Notes under the pieces: generated by a model
Seen by the model: the letters and a program-made list of their open reading frames with translations, nothing else
Database searches by the model: none
Told to the model about the DNA's origin: nothing
Translations under genes and position numbers: made by a program
Assembly (NCBI GenBank): GCA_951406725.2
Contig: OX597835.1
Coordinates: forward strand, 7,936,001 to 8,000,000
DNA from: Octopus vulgaris
Lineage: Eukaryota
Reading direction: 5' to 3'
DNA length: 64,000 bases
Part shown: positions 54,704 to 64,000 of the stretch, one piece after another
How positions within the stretch are numbered: position 1 is the stretch's first letter
How the letters are laid out: each line of letters opens with the position of its first letter

Positions 54704-54976
54704 GTGGAGGCGCAATGGCCCTGTGGTTAGGGCAGCGGACTCGCGGTCGTAGGATGGCGGTTTCGATTCCTAGACCGGGCGTTGTGAGTGTTTATTGAGC
54801 GAAAACACCTAAATCTCCACGAGGCTCCGGCAGTGGGTGGTGGCGATCCCTGCTGTACTTTTTCGCCACAACTTTCTCTCACTTTCTTCTGTTAGCCAGC
54901 GGGGCGGCGTCATTGAAGGCTAAAACAATGCGAAGCGCATTGTGACCAGCGATGTGTAGCAGCATCTGATCACGTG
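54704..54976 (+). mobile_element. SINE family B variant with a third type of 3' tail
   Basis: TSD atatgaagatta at 54692-54703 and 54977-54988. Confidence 0.85.
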
Positions 54977-55231
54977 ATATGAAGATTAACAATTGCACAA
55001 ATTTTACTAATCAAAATAATTCGTATATGTAAAACCTTAGCCATATATCTACAGGTTTGAGTCGAGAACTCTGAGCTAATGGAGGTCTGAAATATGCAAC
55101 ATGAATTGCACGTTCTTCCTTTACTTACGAGGAGATTTCTCTCCTGAAAAGTTTTGTTTGGCGTTTTGTTTCGTTGCAAAATGGTGACTTTATTACAAGA
55201 CAAACAAAGAAGCACCGACGCTTGTAAGTAT

Positions 55232-55269
<38 letters not shown>

Positions 55270-55391
55270 TCATTTATACACTAACTCACCCATTTTTCGT
55301 ACATGTATGTAGGATGTATGTATCTACTTTATATATGGTTATATATGGATATACACATTAGCATTCCGCTAAATCAGCCATGAATTTATAT

Positions 55392-55460
<69 letters not shown>

Positions 55461-55548
55461 GGACAGTTTAAGAAAATAAACAAAAGTCGAAGGCAGGTGG
55501 AGTACAAACAAACAAATGTATTAGTATAGCGCTCAGGAATAGAAAAAG

Positions 55549-55586
55549 TTTTTTACGTTTCGAGCCTACGCTCTTCGACAAAAAGA
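55549..55586 (-). ncRNA. Decayed family H2 hammerhead motif (element ~55460-55680)
   Basis: tcttt TTGTCGA A GAGC gtag GCTC GAAAC GT A aaaaa. Confidence 0.5.
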
Positions 55587-55700
55587 TACACAGAAAAAAA
55601 AACAAGGAGAGAAACAAGGAGAGAAAAAAAATGCGTGTAGGAGCTAACGATCTATCATGGCAGACCGATTTAGCCAAAACTATCGAGTGATCGAGTTGTT

Positions 55701-55742
55701 ACTACTGACGAGTATACGACTGGTAGACGAAACTAGTCTAGT
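55701..55742 (+). ncRNA. Canonical minimal type I hammerhead ribozyme (family H4)
   Basis: acta CTGACGA GT a TAC gactg GTA g AC GAAAC TA GTC^ tagt. All core nucleotides present, GUC cleavage triplet (cut after 55738), palindromic stem III ACTAGT. Confidence 0.8.
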
Positions 55743-55905
55743 CCAGTGAACCTAGATTCGCTCATGTGACAGTTATTGCCTCTGTCCCTCTATACATATT
55801 ATGCGCTTCATACAGCATTAAGAGCGTTGACTCTTATTTCTTGCATTACAGGTATTTCAGTACCCTCAGTCACAATTAGTGACTATTGCATTTTTCTTTT
55901 ATGGA

Positions 55906-56250
55906 CGGTGGCGGATTAACCAGGTTGCTAGCTTGCCCGATGGCAAGTGGGGCTTTGCGCCATTAGAATCCATATATGGGGGCCCCACATTAGCATCTAA
56001 AGGGCCCATCCCCTCAAGTTTGAGAATTTTTTAATTCACTCTTGGAAGAATGCATTATTTCAGCCTGACTGCGTTTGTGGACAGTTGAAAAGAATGCTTT
56101 TAACAAACAGAAAAAAATTAAATGAGAGCAATGTAGTTGCCGGTGGGCCCTCTTGTAGTTGCCGGTGCCCCCCCCCCTTTAGTTGCGGGTGCCCCCCCCC
56201 CCCCGCCTAGTCTCCTAGCAACCAATATTTTTAGACCCTGTCCGCCACTG
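55906..56250. mobile_element. hAT-type MITE (345 bp)
   Basis: TIRs C(G/A)GTGGCGGA; 8-bp TSD TTTATGGA at 55898-55905 and 56251-56258. Confidence 0.88.
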
Positions 56251-57232
56251 TTTATGGATATAGATTTGTGTGTGTGTGTGTGCATATGTTTGTGCGTTTA
56301 TCCAAGTTTACATTAATAAGCTTAAGTAAACAGTATAGAAAAGTTTTAATATATTGAGTTCACAATTGAGAGAAAATACGAGCGTAATTTGAATTTCCAA
56401 TCTTTTACATAAATGTACTGTGGAATCGCTGTATTAGAATATATCAGCGTCTATTTTATTGACAAATGTAAATATGCATTGGTAGATTGGTAGAATTCAA
56501 ACCTATGTTTACCACACACACACACCCACACACACAACTAATTACAGGAAATACAAAACAGAGGAGTTCACAGCAGTTGATTTAGCTCCGTGGGAAATCA
56601 GAGACGGCTTCTTATAATGTTTGTAATTGCAGGTCCTTCATCAAAAACAGGCAGCTTAGAAGTGTTTTTGCATTAGGATGATATTTAGGTTTTTCGTGCA
56701 AAAAGCAGAAATAACGAATCTTGTTAAGACTTAATCGCTGCAATTAAAAAAAGCTTCAATTAAATTCCCCCTGTAAAATAAATGTAAAATTTAGTAAAAA
56801 GAACAGATGAGACATGTATGTAGGTGGGTTTTTTTTTTACGTGTGTGTGTATGTATGCTGGCTTTCTTTTGTGAATGCATGCGGTGTATTTCTCTGCCTG
56901 GTTAAGTGCTTTGTGTAAATAATGACGTAAGCGTTCAAAATTTGATATTTTTGCAAGAGTTCGGAAGGTCGTATGTACTTTGTTTTTAACGAGATTACAA
57001 ATATAATCTGAGATGAAAATCTTTTTGTAATTACTGTCAAACACTAACGAACCCAAAAATACAGACATTTTGATTTAAAAACACTTCATCAATAGACAAA
57101 TAAACCTTTAAAGTGTGTTGGAGTAGTTTAGACTTTAGTCCTTGAGCCGAAAAAAAAGAATTTAAAATTGTTTTGCAGACATGGATGTCCGAAGTAACAA
57201 AAGTTGAGTGAGGCTCCCTGGCAAAAAAATCT

Positions 57233-57394
57233 GCAGGAGTGGCTGTGTGGTAAGTAGCTTGTTTACCAACCACATGGTTCCGGGTTCAGTCCCACTGCGT
57301 GGCACCTTGGGCAAGTGTCTTCTGCTGTAGCCTCGGGCCGACCAATGCCTTGTGAGTGGATTTGGTAGACGGAAACTGAAAGACGCCTGTCGTA

Positions 57395-57427
<33 letters not shown>

Positions 57428-57654
57428 GTGCGTGTGTGTGTTTGTGTGTCTGTGTCTGTCCCCCTAGCATTGCTTGACAGCCGATGCTGGTATGTTTATG
57501 TCCCCGTTACTTAGCGGTTCGGCAAAAGAGAGCGATAGAATAAGTACTGGGCTTACAAAAGAATAAGTCCCGGGGTCGAGTTGCTCGATTAAAGGCGGTG
57601 CTCCAGCATGGCCGCAGTCAAATGACTGAAACAAGAAAAAGAGTAAAAGAGAGT
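57233..57654 (+). mobile_element. SINE family A
   Basis: Matches the other family A copies. Confidence 0.92.
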
Positions 57655-57819
57655 ACAGAGAAGGAAAATGGGGGAGTTTTCTTCGTTATTTTCATGTTCT
57701 GTTTACACATATCTCAAAAGAACACAATCTGATATATGCACACCCAGAAAGACTCGTACCCATAAATCCTTCACCCATGATCTTTCTTGCAATAATTCTT
57801 TCTATTAAGAGCCTGAAAA

Positions 57820-60370
57820 GAAAAAAGCAGAGTACAGTCCTTCGCTGGAATAGGGACGTGATGAAGCAAAATGAAAAGGAAGGTTATGAGTACCTTGGCA
57901 TACAATGAAATCATGGGGAAGGTAACAAAAGAAGAGCCGAGGAAAGAATATGTCCGAAGGCTAGTATTGGAGTGGCGCTCAATCCAAGCTTTAAATACGT
58001 GGGTGATAGCATCCCTTCGGTATGGAACTGGAATCATAAACTGACAAAAGAAAGAACTGATAAGTATGAATACGAAGAAGACAGGGAAACTATTGCGAGT
58101 GCATAGAACATTTCATCTCAACAGTGACACTGATTGGTTATACTTGTCCAGAAGAAAGGGTCAGGGTTAGGGTTTTGTTCAGTTGTCAGAACTGTGCTGA
58201 ATCAGGGGGAAAACATTTAAGACTGGTGTGTAAAAAAATGCCATGGAACCATTGTTAATGCATGGGAAGAAGTCCGGCATCATAAGAACTTAAAATTGTG
58301 CTAAGAGAAATTTAAAAAGGAAAAACATCCACACGCACGCACGCACATACACAAAGAAAATAAGTGGCATGGAAAGGGGGAAATGTACGGTCAGTCTGCA
58401 AGAGATGCGTGTGCAGCAACAGATAGCGAAGGCCGGTGGTTATGGATGTGTAGGAATGACCTGAAGATAGAAACAGAAGCAGTTAATATGCATAGCATAA
58501 GAACAAGCACTGAGGAGAAACAATATGAGCGAAAACTAAAAGCGAAAAATACAGAATACGCGGTGAGAGGGGTGAAGCAGTGAAGCAGTGAAGCAGTGAA
58601 GCACATCGGATGCCCGAAATTGACACAACGGGAATAGAAAAGACATGACCATGTGACAGGAATGATCGATTGGGCGCTTTATCAAAATTATGGCCTACAA
58701 AATCAAAGAGACGGTATGATCAAATCGGCGAGCTGGCAGAAACGTTAGCGCGCCAGGCGAAATGCTCAGCGGTATTTCGTCTGCCGCTACGTTGTGAGTT
58801 CAAATTCCGCCGAGGTCGACTTTGCCTTTCATCCTTTCGGGGTCGATAAATTAAGTACCAGTTACGCTCTGGGGTCGATGTAGTCGACTTAATCTGTTAT
58901 GTCTGTCCTTGTTTGTCCCCTCTATGTTTAGCTCCTTGTGGGTAATAATAAAAAAATAGGTATGATAAGGCGGCGAGCTGGCAGAATCGTTAGCGCGCCG
59001 GGCGAAATGCTAGCGGTATTTCGTCTGCCGTTACGTTGTGAGTTCAAATTCCGTCGATGTCGACTTTGCCTTTCATCCTTTCGGGGTCGATAAATTAAGT
59101 ACCAGTTACGCTCTGGGGTCGATGTAATCGACTTAATACCTATGTCTGTCCTTGTTTGTCCCCTCTATGTTTAGCTCCTTGTGGGTAGTAAAGAAATAGG
59201 TATTTCGTCTGCCGTTACGTTGTGAGTTCAAATTCCGCCGAGGTCGACTTTGCCTTTCATCCTTTCGGGGTCGATAAATTAAGTAACAGTTACGCACTGG
59301 GGTCGATGTAATCGACTTAATACCTATGTCTGTACTTGTTTGTCCCCTCTATGTTTAGCTCCTTGTGGGTAATAATAAAAAAATAGGTATGATAAGGCGG
59401 CGAGCTGGCAGAATCGTTAGCATGCCGGGCGAAATGCTTAGCGGTATTTCGTCTGCGTTACGTTGTGAGTTCAAATTCCGCCGAGGTCGACTTTGCCTTT
59501 CATCCTTTCGGGGTCGATAAATTAAGTACCAGTTACGCTCTGGGGTCGATGTAGTCGACTTAATACCTATGTCTGTCCTTGTTTGTCCCCTCTATGTTTA
59601 GCTCCTTGTGGGTAATAATAAAAAAATAGGTATGATAAGGCGGCGAGCTGGCAGAATCGTTAGCACGCCGGGCGAAATGCTTAGCGGTATTTCGTCTGCG
59701 TTACGTTGTGAGTTCAAATTCCGCCGAGGTCGACTTTTCTTTCATCCTTTCGGGGTCGATAAATTAAGTACCAGTTACGCACTGGGGTCGATGTAATCGA
59801 CTTAATACCTATGTCTGTCCTTGTTTGTCCCCTCTGTGTTTAGCCCCCTTGTGGGTAATAAAGAAATAGGTATTTCGTCTGCCGTTACGTTCTGAGTTCA
59901 AATTCCACCGAGGTCGACTTTGCCTTTCATCCTTTCGAGGTCGATTAAATAAGTACCAGTTACGCACTGGGATCGATGTAGTCGACTTAATACCTATGTC
60001 TGTCCTTGTTTGTCCCCTCTATGTTTAGCCCCTTGTGGGTAATAACAAAAAAAGGTATGATCAAATCTCAGAAGGAGTTATTAAGGATGAGGTTTGCAAA
60101 ATCCTGTGGGATGCAATTATTCGGTGTGACCATTAGATTAGATATCGGAAACCCGTCCGACATTAGGATGATGAAGAGAAAAGAAAAGAAAAGAAAAACA
60201 TGCCTGATAGAAAAAAAAACAGTAAAAAACTCTGACAATTTAAAGTGGGAAATATGCAAGTCGTGGGCAATGAAAAGAGAGGACGTAACAGCAATGGTTA
60301 ATTGGCGCGCCCGGAAGTATCAGCACTCAGCTACCAGCATGGCTTAAAAGGATTGGTGCAAATGTACAGA
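57820..60370 (+). mobile_element. Decayed R4/Dong-clade LINE (post-RT region, zinc knuckle, RLE) split by a SINE array
   Basis: IQALNTWVIASLRYGTGIIN*..FHLNSDTDWLYLSRRKG, MYGQ..WLW..NDLKIETEA and CPKLTQRE*KRHDHV before the array; YDQISEGVIKDEVCKILWD..DH*IRYRKP after it. Confidence 0.75.
58727..60053 (+). mobile_element. Tandem array of six SINE C copies within one 14-bp TSD
   Basis: TSD ggtatgatcaaatc at 58713-58726 and 60054-60067; four full and two 5'-truncated units. Confidence 0.9.
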
Positions 60371-61431
60371 TAGAACACTTTCCATCATACCCAGCAAAAT
60401 AAGCTGGGAGTCTTCATGAAAAAACAACAGCAACAACAATAATAATAACCCTTTCTACTACAGGCACAAGGCCTGAAATTTGACGGGAAGGGACTAACCG
60501 ATTACATCGACCCCAGTGTTTCATTGGTGCTTAATTTATCGACCCCAAAAAGGATGAAAGGCAAAGTCGACCTCGGCGGAATTTGAACTCAGGACGTAAC
60601 GACAGACGAAATAACGCAAAGCATTTCGCCCGGTCATCTATATATACACATTTCTTTACTACCCACAAGGGGCTAAACACAGAGTGGACAAACAAGGACA
60701 GACAAACGGATTAAGTCGAATATATCGACCCCAGTGTGTAACTGGTACTTATTTAATCGACCCCAAAAGGATGAAAGGCAAAGTCGACCTCGGCGGAATT
60801 TGAACTCAGAACGTAACGACAAACGAAATAACGCAAAGCATTTCGCCCGGTGATTTATATATACAGTTTGCTTCACTCTTAACCAGAGTTCATCATAGAA
60901 TTAACAGGGAAGTTGTGCTTATATAAGTAAATGTAGGAGATGGTAGGGAAGAAACAGAGAACCAATAGACCCATGTTCGGTGGGCGAGGTAGGGTGAGGG
61001 AAGGGCGGTTCTACGTTGTTATTTTCTGAATGTGCCTAATTTCAAAGAAAGAGGTAACTCCATAACTAGTCTGGTCCAGGAGAAAGGGCGGCGGAAAAAC
61101 TGCGGTAAATAACGGTTAAATGATTAGAAAACGATTGTAGTAGTTTGTGCGATGGCGAAATTAGAAATAATGAATGATTAAGTCGTAGAATACCGAAGAG
61201 GCCAGATTTTTGTGAGAGAAGTAAAGCGCTTTGTGGTTTTATATTTGCGACATTTTTAGCTATTTTGGTGATCCAGGAACCGTCAAATGTCTTTTGCGGA
61301 TTATTTGTAGCTCTGCGGGTGAACAATATAAAATATGTATTAGGGATGTGGAGGTATACTTTTTATTTATCATTTATTTACGCTATCAAACGTTGAGTTT
61401 ATATAACTATAATTTATATAAGTGCAATATA

Positions 61432-61813
61432 GGCGCCGGAGTGGCTGTGTGGTAAGTAGCTTGCTAACCAGCCACATGGTTCCGGGTTCAGTCCCACTGC
61501 GTGGCATCTTGGGCAAGTGTCTTCTGCTATAGCCCCGGGCCGACCAATGCCTTGTGAGTGGATTTGGTAGACAGAAACTGTCGTATATATGTATATATAT
61601 ATATGTGTGTGTGTCTGTGTCTGTGTTTGTCCCCCTAGCATTGCTTGACAACCGATGCTGGTGTGTTTACGTCCCCGTCACTTAGCGGTCCGATATAATA
61701 AGTACTGGGCTTACAAAAGAATAAGTCCCGGGGTCGAGTTGCTCGATTAAAGGCGGTGCTCCAGCATGGCCGCAGTCAAATGACTGAAACATCTAAAAGA
61801 GTAAAAAAGAGTA
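61432..61813 (+). mobile_element. SINE family A
   Basis: Family match with small internal deletions. Confidence 0.9.
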
Positions 61814-62205
61814 TAAGAAAAAGAAGGAAGAGGAGGAGGAGGAGAAGGAGGGGGAGACGGTGGTAGAAGAATGACTGAAGGAGTGTGAGCAAATTGCTGG
61901 TATTACCTGATATTTTAATTTTCCTATTTGTTTTCATTTCAAGATATGTCCCTTTATTAAAATCAGTCTACGAAAGCAATACTAAACAGATGTGAACTAT
62001 TCTACATATCCGGGTTTGCTTTATCGCGTCTTCCAGGCCACATTCCAAGACATCCTGGCACTTGAGACTTTACTCCAGTCGTTAAAAACCCTCTTTTGAC
62101 ACTTGTTATCATCTTTTATGCTTGTATGTATTTAATCGAGACTGCATTCGGACTTGCAGGTTTCCCCCGCTTATTTTTCACTGAGATTTTAGTCTTTATT
62201 ACAGA

Positions 62206-62600
62206 CAAGCAGTATCGCCCGGCGTTGCTCGGGTTTGTAAGGGAAATAACTATATAAGCATTTTTAGAGATGTAAAGTATAATAGCCATCTCAATATGGC
62301 TAACCACAAAGGAGGGGTGTTACTGTAGCTTTTTACGTTCTGAGATTTAATAATAAATTTTTAGAGAGTTACTTCCCTTATATATGCCAAAAATGCATTA
62401 AAATGGGAAAAATTGATGGTAATTTTTTTTTTAAATCGTAGACTCATCGTAGACGCGCGCTAATACCCAGATGGGCTCGATATGAATCACGACTATAAGA
62501 TACCCGGTTTTGGTTAAACTGCACCACAGAATGTGGGAGTAGTTAGGAATCTAAATCGTAGGAGACAGACATCACACAACCTCACTTTCATATATAAAGA
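62206..62600 (-). mobile_element. Non-autonomous Helitron, longer copy
   Basis: Same 5' TC end and hairpin as 18745-19046; 3' end reads CTTG; ~90 bp of extra interior. Confidence 0.88.
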
Positions 62601-63886
62601 TTTAAAGAGTTAATATTTGTTGTGGCGCTGGGCTACAGTTTGTAAAGAGACAGAGTTTCGTGGGTTTCGCTCATCAGATAAACTGTTTCTGACTGTTAGC
62701 TTATCATGTTTGTTAGACACTAATAGAATTGTGCACTCTTTGACAAAACTGGATATAAAAAGGAAGCAAACGATATAGAAAAAAATATATTTAAGAATAA
62801 TTTATAAAAATAATCTATACAAATTGATACGAATTTCATTGCGCGTGACGTGTGGCTTCCTGGTTTAGAGACTCATCCACCACACAGGATCAATCACACG
62901 GGATCTATGCTATTTTGGGTCACTTGCCTGCGGCGCAAGTTTGCTCCATTGTATAACACTTTTAGTTCTTTCTCGAAATATGAACTAAGAAGTATAACAA
63001 TGAAAGTCAAAATTTTGGTTAAAGAATTATATTAACCCTATTCAGAATGAGAAGCGGTGAGAATAATTAACCTTTTTTGATCTTTAACTATTAAAGTTTC
63101 ACAGTAAAGCACTCTTCATGTTGGTTCGAGGTGTGATGGTTCTAATTAACCGCTTTGTTGTGGATGAAATCCTTTCCCTAAAGACGAAATCCGAACGAAA
63201 TCCATCAAATGTAAGGCGTTAGTCAGTTTCCTGACGGATTAAGTCGATTATATCGATCCCAGTGAGTAACTGGTACTTATTTAATCGACCCCGAAAGGAT
63301 GAAAGGCAAAGTCGACCTCGGCGGAATTTGAACTCAGAACGTAGCGGCAGACGAAATACAGCTACGCATTTCGGCCGGTGTGCTAACGTTTCTGCCAGCT
63401 CGCCGCCCTGGTCAAACAATGTATACCGTTTCGTAAACAATAGAGAGCGCTCAACCAACATTTTCTCTTCGGCCAAACCTTGATGAACTTCTTCAAGTTT
63501 CACGTAAGGGTAGAGAGGTAAGTGTTGTCTTCTAGTAGGTGTGCCGAAAGGTAGATGAAAGTGGCGAGAATGGTACGAGTGAACGGGCCTGCCTTGAGCT
63601 GGAATGAGGAAAGGAAACGAAAAAAAAAAAAGCACCTGCCTCAAAAGCCAGGGTTTTTATGGGGCTTTTATAGGGTTTTTCCATGAGCAGCCCTCGAACG
63701 TCTCTTCCATATTGAGGATTATGCATCGTTGACCCTTATTATTTTTTTTATAATTCTATTAGTCTTGTTTACACGCAAAAGCCTCACAACTACACACACA
63801 CAAACATTTTTTTTTTTGCTTTGTCCTGTGCTGTCCATAATGTTTTTCTTCATGTAAACCCGTGATTAATAAAGAAATTATTATTA

Positions 63887-63946
<60 letters not shown>

Positions 63947-64000
63947 GGGTGATGACGACTTTAACCATACCATCGGATTCAAGTGGAAAATATTTTAATA

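Overview
AT-rich, repeat-saturated animal genomic DNA. The tRNA-derived SINE families resemble those of Octopus, so a cephalopod origin is inferred. Only one host gene is supported: an uninterrupted 372-aa ORF (45971-47089, minus strand) for a type II PKA regulatory subunit. Both of its cyclic-nucleotide pockets read PRSA instead of the usual PKA PRAA, a PKG-like change that could make it cGMP-responsive. The rest is microsatellite (AAT, TA, CATA, ACT, AGAT, GA), four SINE-like families, decayed LINE pieces (R4/Dong, CR1-like, RTE, Tx1-like), two non-autonomous Helitrons, a hAT MITE and minisatellites. Reading both strands also shows about a dozen minimal type I hammerhead-ribozyme motifs (CUGANGA...GAAAC, palindromic stem III). 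They sit in several short families, mostly (TA)n-flanked and often fold-back, of the Penelope-like pLTR type. One family joins a tRNA-like Pol III head to a hammerhead and forms a head-to-head palindrome. Almost all other ORFs in the supplied track are microsatellite or SINE artefacts. All folds and alignments were done by eye; coordinates of degenerate elements are approximate.
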